DNA of 43,144 nucleotides from a virus (Duplodnaviria; Caudoviricetes). A program made the position numbers and the translations under genes. The stretch spans positions 1 through 43,144 of the IMG/VR virus record IMGVR_UViG_3300020044_000889; one strand, 5' to 3'. Positions within the stretch are counted from its first letter, which is position 1, and every line of letters begins with the position of its first letter. Below the pieces are notes generated by a model. The model worked only from the letters and a program-made list of their open reading frames with translations, ran no database searches and was not told the origin of the DNA. Of this stretch, positions 8,913 to 18,818 are shown one piece after another.

Positions 8913-11900
8913 ATTGGGCCATCAGACGTTCGCGCTCAAGTTTTTTCTCCGACGGCTCCAACAACTCAAGCAGTTGAGGGTAGTATTTTTTGTCAATAGG
9001 CATACCACGGTCGGACTTGATTTTGCGTTCCATCTGTTTTTTAATTGACTGCTTGATGTTGTCACCACCAATCATGTCATATGGGTTTCTGCTGTTGAAC
9101 TTGAATATTTTGTCAAAGGCTTTTTCAATGTCTTCATCTGAACCCTTGTCTAATTCACGCTCCAAACGGTCGAGCAAACTGGTACGCTCTCGTTTCACTT
9201 TTAAGATTTCACCTTGCAAGTGAAAGATTGCCTCACGCCGAGCCACAAGTCCTTCGGTAGCAAAACCCATAGACTGCGCCAACAACTGCCCTTGAGTGAA
9301 CTCTTCGGCTTCCTTGATAGCCGCGCCCGATGTAGTGGTTGCGCCTTCTTTTCCGTATCGGTAAGCGGTAAGGGAACCCCGAACAAAAGCTGGAGCCAAC
9401 TGCTCAATACCCCGCATGACCTCTCCTTTGTTAAAGGAATCAATGGCATTGGGGATTTGCTTAAACGTGATTGATGCGCTAGGGCCAAGCAAAGACATAA
9501 GGTATTCTTGCATAGCCGCAGCAGAAGTGGCCTGTTCTTTTACATCAGGCACCCACATATTGTTCATGGATAAGCTACCGGAAATGTCGTAGCCAGTCAT
9601 GGTGGCAATTAAACCTCTGTCCAAAATTTCATCAAGCGTGTGGTCGCCAATCGTAATATTGCCAAAGGTTTGTGGGAGCCACTTGTTGCGGAACCAGAAC
9701 TCCAAGTCGCGCTCTTCCAACGGGTCATCTTCGTCGTCACCACGCATTGCGTTTATCATGCCTTGTATAGCACCCATAGCCAGTGTTGCGCCGGGAATAC
9801 CGACGTAGCCAGCAAGTGCAGTAGACATGGTCAACGTACCAATCAATTGGGTCATGGCTTTAGCGCGATCTTGTGCATCAAGTCCAGCCAGCGCACGGTA
9901 AGCGTTACGTATAAAGAACGTAGTCACAAACGCAGGGAACATCTTGAACTGAAGAATTGTGCGGCCTATAGGCTTTTGCGCGTTAATCAAAACTTGACGC
10001 TCAGCGTCGGCAACTAAACCGCGAGGGCGGTTGGATGCGTGATAGTTACCCAAGGCTTCGTGGGTCTCAGCTTCGGCTGCACGTAGAGCTTCTTCGTGGG
10101 TGTATTTCTTGCCGGTTTCTTTGTTGGTCTGATTGGAGTACAGATCGTAGGAAGTCATAAATGTCACTTCACGAATCATGCGCTCAGAGTGGTGGAATAA
10201 GCTGGTCATTACATTGCTGGCGGTACGCAAAGTACGTAAAGTAGTACCTTCAAGTTTGCTGGTTGGCGTATCTCTGCGGTTGCCAAGATCGTAGGCCAAC
10301 GTGTTGTCGCTTATGCCTCTGTCTGCCATGTATTGCGCAGCAAGCTTTTGATCCTCAGTCAACTTAATCAAGCCGTTGTTTAAGTATGAGGGGAACTCAA
10401 ACGTGGTTGAGCCGTCTTCAGCTTGGCGGCGAATACCACTTGTACCAAAAATAGCCATTGACTTGGCAAGAGCCGCGCCTACTTTGACTGGGTTGAACCC
10501 GTGGTTAGATGTGAGCACTGGGCCAACAAATATTGGAAGCGCCGTCAACTGGGTAGCGGCAGTCTTGACTGAGGTCATCAACCACAAGTAGGCCGAGGAG
10601 TTCAACAGCGCGGAGGTTTTATATCCAAAGCTGTCTTCTGATTCAGGGCGCACTTGCTGCTCAGCACGCATACGCATCTCAGAAACAAATTCACCAAGGC
10701 GAGCTTTGTCTGGGTTGCCTGCAAGTGTGTCGGTTGCGCGTTCAAGCTCGCCCATGATGCGAGGGCCGTATTTAATGCGAGCCAATTGGTTGGCCATGTT
10801 TGTGCCAGTTACCGCGAAGTTACGGGCAATGTCACCGCTAAAACCAATTGTGCCCTGACGGTGCATGTACTGCCTGCGGAAGTTGCGATCAGGCAAAGTC
10901 TGCAAGTACATCTGATAGATTTCGTCTTTGAGTTTCTCAGCATCAATGCTGGTCATAGAAGAAACTACGTTGCCAAAGTCATCGACTATTTCATTACCGG
11001 CTTTTACACCCGCATCAATAGAGTTAAAGATTTCCTTCAGCATACCGCTGGCGTCCAAGTCCCGCTTACGTGCATCGGACAAGTCATTGCCTACGTCAAT
11101 TGCTTTGGACTCCATCATTTCTTTAAGCGACTCGGTAGAACCAGCCTCTTGCAGTTGACGGGCACGTTTACGCAAGAACATATTGCGATCAAAGGCGCTC
11201 TCAAACATGTAGAACTCGCGGTTCACACCTTTGCCAATGCGCAACCAGTATTGACCATAACGCATCAATGGGAAGTATGGGTACAGCTTCTTGCCGTCTT
11301 CGTAGATTTGTTTGATCTGGGCAATCAGCTTGCCCTTGGGAGACTTGCCATCTGCGGCAGCGCCAGCCAGTTTTGAGTTTGCAATCTGTTCTTCCAGCAA
11401 TACATGGTACTGCTCATGGTTGGCTTTGTAGAAGTCGCGCACTTGTTCGTACAGTTTCTTGTTTGCGTCGGTCAAACCGTCCCACAACTTTTTCAAGTCG
11501 GCATCTTTGGCTAAGTTGCCAGCCACAGTGGGATCACGGTACAGCAACGTGGAGTAGTGCATCACATTAGCCAAGCGCCGCATCTGCTCGGGTGCGTTAC
11601 GTGCTAACTTAGCCAAAGCTTCAGAGACGGGCACCATGTCCATCGTGCGTTTGTTGCGCATTGCCGCCATGTCATTGAGGTATTGAAAAGACTCTTTGAT
11701 ACCCTTGACACCTAAGCGGTCAGCCCATTGAACCACGGCTTCTGTTTGTAACGCAGGCAGTACCTGACGCAGTTTGAAGTTGTCAAACCCAGCGTACATA
11801 GAAGACAACGCATCGGTGAAGTCCTGCATACTGCGCAAGTTCACAAGCAACGGCAAGTCTCGGACTATGTCGGCAAAACTAGACTTCTCCATGCGCTGAA

Positions 11901-14900
11901 GAATTTTGTTGGTCTTAGCCTTCTTTTCTTTGATAGCCGACGAGACTTGCGCCATATTTCCGCTGAGTTTTTCTTCAGCTTCCTTCATACGCATCAAGGG
12001 TGTCTTGCGTGCGGTCAACATGGTGTCGGTTATGTTTACGATGTCCGACAGGGCGCTGGTGTGGCTTGCGTCCATGTTGAAGAACTGACGCACATTGTTG
12101 ATAAACCGATTGAACAACGACTGCTTGATATGCCCAGCGGTTTCCATCAAGAACTTTTGGAACTTAGGATCAGACATCGCGTAAGCAACAAACTCGCGGG
12201 GGTCACCAAAGATGTTGGCCGAAATCAAATCTTCCATGAACTCAGGCAGTGTGCCTGCTTCACGCATTTCGTTGACTCGGTCGGCGGTCAAGTTCATGGT
12301 TTTGATAAGGGCGTTGTAAGCCGCCGCTAGATCAGACTTGCGGTCAAACCCAGATTGAATTGCGTCAAGCGCCAAGTCCAACTTCTTGTTAAGTGCGGCG
12401 TGCAGCATCTCGTGCAGCACAGTGACGTTGTTGATACCTTGACTTGGGCCACCAGATATACCCCGCACAAACACAAACCGTTCGCCAGTAGCCACAACAC
12501 GTAAGAACAAACCACGGGACGCATCCCAGTCAGCTTCTGCTCCACCCTCAGTGATCTGACTTGGTAGAACATCATCTTCTTCAATTACTTTGAAGTTGAC
12601 ATCTTTTACAAAGGGCAACAACCGCTGAGCCAAGAATTTTTGGAACGCATTACCTGTCTTGATGATATGACGCAGGGCTTGCTGACCATTTGTCATGTCG
12701 TTAAATCTGCCGTCGGCTCGGCCAACTTTTACTTGCGTGTTAGCTTTGGATATTTGGGTAGCAATACCCTTCTTGACGTTGTCAATCTCTTGCGCAGTGA
12801 TGTTAGGGTTCTTGAGTAACTCGGCTACTCGGTCACCAAGTTTGGTTCCCTTGAGGGCGCGGTTCAACAACACCAAAGATTTGATTGCTTGAATTTTTCC
12901 AATACGTTGGCTTTCTACGCCTTCTTGAAGCTCTACGTCACTGCCGTAGTTTTCAGGTTTCAAGTCGGCCAAAGAATCATTCAACGCAGCTTCAGCCGCA
13001 TCAACTGCTTTTACATTGCCTTTGTAGTCCTTGGTCTGCTGTTTGCGACGCTCATCTGAAGCAGCTTTTTGCTCTGGTGTTTGCCGAGGGCCTTTTGGCC
13101 CAGTTTTACCTTTGGCAACTACTACGGGTGCCTCTTCTTCAGCAGGCAGAGTGGTTAAGTCGCCGACAACATTTGCAACGCTCTCAGGTATTTCAGCTTC
13201 TTCGGCGTACTGGTCATCGGTCTTAGCTTGTTCTGCGATAAGTTCTTCTTGCAGCGCGGCTTGATCTTCAACAGTCAGTTCGCCTTCAGCGGGGGCTTCT
13301 TTTGATGCTTGTCTAGCGGCATCAAGTTCATCAATCTGTTTAACAACAGCATCAAATTTAGCTTTAGCTTCGACATGCTTGGCTTCCAAAGCTTTTACAG
13401 CTTCGTATCTTTTGTCTGAGTCAAATTGGCCACTTTCATCAAGGACTAATGGTTTACCATCATCGCCCAAAACATCAGCCGCCCGAGCAACACTATTTAG
13501 ATCAAGTATTTTGTCTAATAGAGCCGAACCTTCTTCGCTTGCTTCATCCATCTGTTTAACAAGCTCATCCCTTTTTTCAAAGTACTCAATAGTACCTAAT
13601 GGCTTTGGTTGAACGGGTTTTTCTTGAACCGCAGCTTCTTGGGTTCTTTGTTTGTTTATTTCTTCATCGTATGCCGTAATTGCCTTATCAATTGTGGGTT
13701 GGTCATCTACGCCTTGTTCCCGCATAGAGTCTGCAATGTTGTCTCTGTATGCGCCGATTGATTCTTCTAAAGATTCAAAGTTACCTTGGTCGGCTATCGC
13801 GCTATTTGCGGAGCGTTTGGCGAATACAACTGGGTCTACTGCAACGGGTTGCGCTGGCGCTCGTTCATCAACTCCTGCAACATCTTGTCTAACAGGAACC
13901 ACTCCACCTCGCTCAGATTCTCCAAGTCCTTCGGGGGGTACGACTGCACTGGGCTGTTCAACCACTGGAACGCCTGCTCCACTTGGCTCGGCAATAGTTT
14001 GTCCAACATCTGGTTCTCCTTGAGTTGCCGCACGTTGTTGTATCTCCGTTTGTACCGCTTCAATAAGGGGTTGGTTTTGTTCGGTTTCAGGCTTAGCCAG
14101 TTGGTATTCCAACGTAGAAGCCAGTCCTGCGTCTGCCCAATTAGTAAAGTCTGGAATAAATCCTTGTTCGTCGGCTTGGTCTTTGGCTTGGTCTTCGGCT
14201 TGGTCTTCGGCTTCCAAAGTTGCAGCTTCAATTGCACGATATTGCGCACTGCCGGGGTCAAGCCCCATGCTTTGGAAAGTTTGCTGGAATTGCGCTACGC
14301 GCTCGGGGTCAATATCGGTGATGCCACGCTGCGTTAAATCAGCAGCAATCTTTTCAAGCTCTAAGGGTTCTTGACTGGTAGTTGCAGGTTCTTGGGTAGG
14401 CGCAGCTTCTGTTGCTCGGCGGGCTTCCAAACCTTCACTTGCCCCAGCAGCCGCACCAAGACCAGCGCCTGCTAGACCTTCCATAGTGGCTTGCCCAACA
14501 ACACCGCGCATGGTAGGTACGTCGTAGCCTTCGCGTTGAAGAGCTATGTTTTGGGCCAATTGTTCTTGACCGCCTTGCGCAGCTTCGCCTACAAATTCTT
14601 TAGCCCCTGTAACAGCCGCCTGTTTCTTAACACTACCCGCAATAATTTGCTTAGCCACTTGGCGGGCTATTGCTGGCTCAAAACCCGTACTTGCGCCAAT
14701 TGCACCAAGAGCAGAGCCCATCAAAATTTGGTCTAAATTTTTACCGTTGTAGTCTTGCGCAGCTTGCGCACGGGCTTCAATTTGTTCTTTGGGCATGTCG
14801 GTCTTGCCAAGTTCTTCTTTGACCGCATCGTAGATAGTACCTTTAATCGTACCGGCACCCATAACAGAACCAACACCAGCACCGACAGCAGTAGCCGCAA

Positions 14901-15411
14901 GAGCACCAGCGCCAAAAACAGAGGCACCCAAACCGGCCACGATAGCAGGAGCGGATGTGCCTAATGCGTTTACTACGGTATCAATAGGGGCAATAGTGAA
15001 GGCTTTAACGGCAGCTTTAACTTGATCGCCAACACCTTTATCCTCGGCGTCCTTCATAATGCGGGAAATTTCAGCGGAGTCCTGCTTAGACTGCGCACTG
15101 TATAGCTCGCCAATGTAATTTTCCACACCTTTAATAGATTTGGATACGTCACTACCCGCACCAAAAGCGTCAGCAACTAAACGCACACCAGTAGCCAGAC
15201 CAGAAACAGCCTTTAAAGGTACGTCGGCAACGCTACGCAAAACCGATTGATCTTCAGGTTTTGGTTCGGCCTTAACCAATGGAGCAGATTCCCACCACTC
15301 TCCCGCTTTTGCTTCAGGCTTAGTTTCTTCTTTGGCAAGTGGGGCATCTTTCCACCACTCGGCAGGTTTTTCCTGTGCTACCGGCGCATCTTCCCACCAT
15401 TCTTTTGCCAT
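8911..15411 (-). CDS. large internal virion/ejection protein (polyvalent-type) with a zincin-like HEXXH motif
   Basis: 2166 aa; last gene of the structural arm; Gly/Ala hydrophobic N-terminal segments; VLHEMLHA...REFVAYAMS; position analogous to P22 gp16/T7 gp16. Confidence 0.75.
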   Translation of the reverse strand: MAKEWWEDAPVAQEKPAEWWKDAPLAKEETKPEAKAGEWWESAPLVKAEPKPEDQSVLRSVADVPLKAVSGLATGVRLVADAFGAGSDVSKSIKGVENYIGELYSAQSKQDSAEISRIMKDAEDKGVGDQVKAAVKAFTIAPIDTVVNALGTSAPAIVAGLGASVFGAGALAATAVGAGVGSVMGAGTIKGTIYDAVKEELGKTDMPKEQIEARAQAAQDYNGKNLDQILMGSALGAIGASTGFEPAIARQVAKQIIAGSVKKQAAVTGAKEFVGEAAQGGQEQLAQNIALQREGYDVPTMRGVVGQATMEGLAGAGLGAAAGASEGLEARRATEAAPTQEPATTSQEPLELEKIAADLTQRGITDIDPERVAQFQQTFQSMGLDPGSAQYRAIEAATLEAEDQAEDQAKDQADEQGFIPDFTNWADAGLASTLEYQLAKPETEQNQPLIEAVQTEIQQRAATQGEPDVGQTIAEPSGAGVPVVEQPSAVVPPEGLGESERGGVVPVRQDVAGVDERAPAQPVAVDPVVFAKRSANSAIADQGNFESLEESIGAYRDNIADSMREQGVDDQPTIDKAITAYDEEINKQRTQEAAVQEKPVQPKPLGTIEYFEKRDELVKQMDEASEEGSALLDKILDLNSVARAADVLGDDGKPLVLDESGQFDSDKRYEAVKALEAKHVEAKAKFDAVVKQIDELDAARQASKEAPAEGELTVEDQAALQEELIAEQAKTDDQYAEEAEIPESVANVVGDLTTLPAEEEAPVVVAKGKTGPKGPRQTPEQKAASDERRKQQTKDYKGNVKAVDAAEAALNDSLADLKPENYGSDVELQEGVESQRIGKIQAIKSLVLLNRALKGTKLGDRVAELLKNPNITAQEIDNVKKGIATQISKANTQVKVGRADGRFNDMTNGQQALRHIIKTGNAFQKFLAQRLLPFVKDVNFKVIEEDDVLPSQITEGGAEADWDASRGLFLRVVATGERFVFVRGISGGPSQGINNVTVLHEMLHAALNKKLDLALDAIQSGFDRKSDLAAAYNALIKTMNLTADRVNEMREAGTLPEFMEDLISANIFGDPREFVAYAMSDPKFQKFLMETAGHIKQSLFNRFINNVRQFFNMDASHTSALSDIVNITDTMLTARKTPLMRMKEAEEKLSGNMAQVSSAIKEKKAKTNKILQRMEKSSFADIVRDLPLLVNLRSMQDFTDALSSMYAGFDNFKLRQVLPALQTEAVVQWADRLGVKGIKESFQYLNDMAAMRNKRTMDMVPVSEALAKLARNAPEQMRRLANVMHYSTLLYRDPTVAGNLAKDADLKKLWDGLTDANKKLYEQVRDFYKANHEQYHVLLEEQIANSKLAGAAADGKSPKGKLIAQIKQIYEDGKKLYPYFPLMRYGQYWLRIGKGVNREFYMFESAFDRNMFLRKRARQLQEAGSTESLKEMMESKAIDVGNDLSDARKRDLDASGMLKEIFNSIDAGVKAGNEIVDDFGNVVSSMTSIDAEKLKDEIYQMYLQTLPDRNFRRQYMHRQGTIGFSGDIARNFAVTGTNMANQLARIKYGPRIMGELERATDTLAGNPDKARLGEFVSEMRMRAEQQVRPESEDSFGYKTSALLNSSAYLWLMTSVKTAATQLTALPIFVGPVLTSNHGFNPVKVGAALAKSMAIFGTSGIRRQAEDGSTTFEFPSYLNNGLIKLTEDQKLAAQYMADRGISDNTLAYDLGNRRDTPTSKLEGTTLRTLRTASNVMTSLFHHSERMIREVTFMTSYDLYSNQTNKETGKKYTHEEALRAAEAETHEALGNYHASNRPRGLVADAERQVLINAQKPIGRTILQFKMFPAFVTTFFIRNAYRALAGLDAQDRAKAMTQLIGTLTMSTALAGYVGIPGATLAMGAIQGMINAMRGDDEDDPLEERDLEFWFRNKWLPQTFGNITIGDHTLDEILDRGLIATMTGYDISGSLSMNNMWVPDVKEQATSAAAMQEYLMSLLGPSASITFKQIPNAIDSFNKGEVMRGIEQLAPAFVRGSLTAYRYGKEGATTTSGAAIKEAEEFTQGQLLAQSMGFATEGLVARREAIFHLQGEILKVKRERTSLLDRLERELDKGSDEDIEKAFDKIFKFNSRNPYDMIGGDNIKQSIKKQMERKIKSDRGMPIDKKYYPQLLELLEPSEKKLERERLMAQ

Positions 15412-15419
15412 GATGTGCC

Positions 15420-17195
15420 TTACGGTTTAATACGGGTTGTACCATCAGGGGCGATAAACCTAGTACCCGATGGCGCTGCATTATATTGAGCCTGCGTAAG
15501 TTTCTGTGGTGGCCCACCTCGACTTGGCGTTCCTGTACCGCCCGGTACATTGGGTGCGGGTTGTGGTTCGGCTTGAGAGGCGGACGCTCTTAATTCTGCT
15601 ATTACGCTTTGGCGGATACGAGCGGCTTCTTCGGTATTACCCTTTTGCACCGCCTTCAAGTAAGGCATGTTGCTTTCCAATGCCTTGTCTACCCGAGCTT
15701 CAAACTTAGCATCACGTTCGCCAACGGCAGCGGCAGCTTTTGCCTCTCCGGGATAACGACCAACATCGCTTGCAGCCATTGCAGCAGCTTCGGCCATTGT
15801 TTGCTTATTGGCTGGTTTGCCTTGCTCAATCAAAGACTCGTAGCGAATACGAGTCTGACGGGCCAAATCAGTTTCTTTGGTAGCAGCAATTTTTGCGGAA
15901 CGCTCGCTTGCCCCTGCCTGAATCCTTGCCGCTTCAATAGAAGCTTCTTTGCCAAGTTTTGTATTTTCAAGTTGAGCGTACATTTTGGATGTATCGCCTG
16001 CAACACCAGCATACAGTTCGGCGGCTTTAGCTTTTGCAGCTTGTGCTTGGTCGGCTTTAGCCACAGCCTTATCGGTCATGCCGTTGTTGTACAACTGATC
16101 TGCTGTAGCAAGTTGCATTTCGGACTGACGCAGTAAGCGGTCGGCTTCTCTATGTTCTTTCTTGAGACGTCCAACTTCACCAGCAAATGTTTGCCCAGCC
16201 TCACCCAACCCAGAAATAAGTTGTTGGCTTTGGCTTTCACCCTTTGTTTTTTTGCGTGCTAACAAACCTAAACTTGCCATAGCAAAAGCAAGCCCTCTTT
16301 CACTTTCCATTTTTTCTGGGAGCGCGGCTCGTTCAGCTTTTACTTCTTCCAAATATTTTGGAACTACGCTTGGCCCGTACAAGTCTTTTATCACATCGCG
16401 TTGCGCCAAGATGTTTGTTTTTTGTTCTTCTGGTGTTTGTTGCGCAGTAGCTTTATCAATGTAGCTTAACTGTTGTTTACGAGCTTCTTCTGCTTTGTCT
16501 AAGTAAGAGCCGCCTCCAGCAAACGCAACGATGCCACCGTTAGCAGCCATCATTGTTTCTTGTTGCTCTGGAGGGATTTGGTCAAACGCCGAACCTAACC
16601 CGCTATTTAAAGAGGCAGACTCAGCTTGTTTGAGTGCGTTTAGTTGGGCAATACGTTCATCAATGGCTTCTGCTGTATCAGCATCACGACGAGCAAGCGC
16701 GGCTTCTTTAGCTTTTTGCAAACCCTCCATGCTATACATGTCTTCGACAATGCTGTCTTTGTTTGCTTGGCTTGTTACACCGCCACCGGCATAGGAGGTC
16801 ATAAGACCACCTTCCTTACCAAAGAGTCCCGACCTGCCAAAGCCGTAAGCAGCACCACCCAAGCCCGCTAGGGTCTGTGTCATGCCCGGGCCTTGCTCAT
16901 AAATACTGCTTGTAGATTGCTGACCCAGCGGCAAGCCACGAATCATGTCGGACATGAAGCCCAACTGCTTGTAAGGATAGTTTTGTTGGTTGAGGAAATC
17001 CTGATACGCCATGTCCAACGGACGCTGGGCTTGTTGTTGCATCTGACCACCGTAGGCACTTTGCAACTTGTTGATGTCCATGCCTTGCTGGAACTGCTGA
17101 CCACCTAACTGACCAAGTTGACCAGCACCTTGTAGGGCAGTCTGAAGACCCTGCATACCGAGACCAGCACCGTACTGGCGTGACTGCTCACCCAT
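15420..17195 (-). CDS. ejection/DNA-transfer protein, C-terminal part (in frame with 17199..18818)
   Basis: Helical Ala/Gln/Lys-rich; no clear SD before ATG 17195; continues the repeat pattern of the upstream ORF. Confidence 0.7.
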   Translation of the reverse strand: MGEQSRQYGAGLGMQGLQTALQGAGQLGQLGGQQFQQGMDINKLQSAYGGQMQQQAQRPLDMAYQDFLNQQNYPYKQLGFMSDMIRGLPLGQQSTSSIYEQGPGMTQTLAGLGGAAYGFGRSGLFGKEGGLMTSYAGGGVTSQANKDSIVEDMYSMEGLQKAKEAALARRDADTAEAIDERIAQLNALKQAESASLNSGLGSAFDQIPPEQQETMMAANGGIVAFAGGGSYLDKAEEARKQQLSYIDKATAQQTPEEQKTNILAQRDVIKDLYGPSVVPKYLEEVKAERAALPEKMESERGLAFAMASLGLLARKKTKGESQSQQLISGLGEAGQTFAGEVGRLKKEHREADRLLRQSEMQLATADQLYNNGMTDKAVAKADQAQAAKAKAAELYAGVAGDTSKMYAQLENTKLGKEASIEAARIQAGASERSAKIAATKETDLARQTRIRYESLIEQGKPANKQTMAEAAAMAASDVGRYPGEAKAAAAVGERDAKFEARVDKALESNMPYLKAVQKGNTEEAARIRQSVIAELRASASQAEPQPAPNVPGGTGTPSRGGPPQKLTQAQYNAAPSGTRFIAPDGTTRIKP

Positions 17196-17198
17196 TTG

Positions 17199-18818
17199 TT
17201 AGGCAGCTTGTCCGTATTGAGCACTAAGTCCAGCAGCTTGTAAACCTTGACCAGCACCAAATTGACGAGACTGTTCTGCGGCATTTTGTGCTTGTTGGAA
17301 CGCCTGTTGGTTTGCCAATTGAGACTGTAGATTTTGCCCCGCGCCAAGTTGTTGAACGCCAAGATTAGCAGCAAGGTTTTGACTACCGACTGTAAGACCG
17401 GCCTGCTGATTAGCTAAAGCCGCCTGCATAGCCTGCTGCGCATTCAACCCTTGTGTTTGCAACTGAGCCGCTTGGTTTTGCACCGCCGCTTGTTGTTGGT
17501 TATTTAAGTTGGCAAGAGAGGTCTGTAGACCTGTTTGAGTGCCAAGTTGCTGAACACCCAAATTTGCAGCCAAGTTTTGACTGCCGGTTGTAAGACCTGC
17601 CTGTTGGTTTGCCAAAGCCGCTTGCATAGCTTGTTGGGCGTTCATACCCCTAGCTTGATTTTGGGCGGCTTGGTTTTGTACGTTTGCTTGTTGTTGGCTA
17701 CTTAAATTAGCAAGAGAGGTCTGTAGACCTGTTTGAGTGCCAAGTTGCTGAACGCCAAGTCTTGCGGCAAGGTTTTGACCACCGACTGTAAGTCCTGCCT
17801 GTTGGTTGGCTTGTTGAGCTTGCAAACGAGCTTGTTGCTCGGCGTTAAATTGTTGTTGCGCCTGTTGATACGCGGCTTGACTTCCTGTGGCTTGGATGTC
17901 GCCCATCTGTTGCCCAAGATTGCGCTCACGTTCTGCACGCATGATGGCGTCTCGACTACCACCAAAAGCACCTGCACTTACAGCTTGAGCTTGCTGTTGT
18001 GTACCTTGAATACCAGACTGGCGTTGTGCTTCACGCTTTTGAATGTCCACCACATTTTGCATATATGGGGACATGTATGCTTCGGCTGAGCCGGGTTGAG
18101 CAAAACTTTGCGTACGGACTCGTTCTGCTGGCCCCATTTGAAAATTTTGCAAGTTAGGGTTGTAATTAGTTTGCGCCGCGCCCATTTCTGCTGCGTCATA
18201 TCCTGTTGCCCGCACATCCTGCGGGCCTTGCATTTGGTAGTTTTGCAGGGCGGGGTTGTAGCCAGTCTGCGCTCCCTGCATTGTTGGGGCGTTATAGCCC
18301 TGCGCCTGCACATCCTGCGGCCCTTGCATTTGGTAGTTTTGCAAGTCTGGGCCTTGCACTTGTGACATAGAAAACTGACCGGGCTGGTATTGTCCGGGGT
18401 CTTGGAATTGATTGCTAAATTGACCCGCTTGATAATTAGTACCCAGCGCCCCAAGACCAGCGGCGGTAGCTAAATCCGTGGCTGTACCCAACTGCTGGGA
18501 TGGCTGCATATTAGCTGCGCCCTGAAACGATTGCTGCTGCATGGGGGTAAACCCAGCAATACGATTTCCTCCGTATGTTTGGTACGGGTTTTGGTTGATG
18601 TCAGTAAGCGCCGCACCTTTAGCAAGCGTATCTTTCGCGTATGGACGCGCCCATTCAGGCAACTCTGATACTTGTGTTGTTTTGTCTGGTTGGCCACCAC
18701 CGCCGCCACCGCCACCGCCGTCACCAAAGACTAAGCCACCAGCTTTGCGGTAGGTCGCAGAATCACCGAGCGGTTCGCCCAATGCGTATAACTCACGACG
18801 AGAGTAGCTGCGTTTCAT
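17199..18818 (-). CDS. Gln-rich DNA pilot/ejection protein, N-terminal part
   Basis: Poly-Gly after a leader peptide, YMSPYMQNVV and AGAFGGSR motifs, 11-residue-periodic Q/N/A repeats. Confidence 0.75.
   Translation of the reverse strand: MKRSYSRRELYALGEPLGDSATYRKAGGLVFGDGGGGGGGGGQPDKTTQVSELPEWARPYAKDTLAKGAALTDINQNPYQTYGGNRIAGFTPMQQQSFQGAANMQPSQQLGTATDLATAAGLGALGTNYQAGQFSNQFQDPGQYQPGQFSMSQVQGPDLQNYQMQGPQDVQAQGYNAPTMQGAQTGYNPALQNYQMQGPQDVRATGYDAAEMGAAQTNYNPNLQNFQMGPAERVRTQSFAQPGSAEAYMSPYMQNVVDIQKREAQRQSGIQGTQQQAQAVSAGAFGGSRDAIMRAERERNLGQQMGDIQATGSQAAYQQAQQQFNAEQQARLQAQQANQQAGLTVGGQNLAARLGVQQLGTQTGLQTSLANLSSQQQANVQNQAAQNQARGMNAQQAMQAALANQQAGLTTGSQNLAANLGVQQLGTQTGLQTSLANLNNQQQAAVQNQAAQLQTQGLNAQQAMQAALANQQAGLTVGSQNLAANLGVQQLGAGQNLQSQLANQQAFQQAQNAAEQSRQFGAGQGLQAAGLSAQYGQAA
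17330..17805 (-). repeat. 198-bp (66-aa = 6x11) tandem repeat, about 2.4 copies
   Basis: Identical 44-bp blocks at 17512-17555 and 17710-17753. Confidence 0.9.
18125..18345 (-). repeat. 96-bp (32-aa) tandem repeat LQNYQMQGPQDV..., 2-3 copies
   Basis: Near-identical blocks at 18213-18247 and 18309-18343. Confidence 0.85.
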
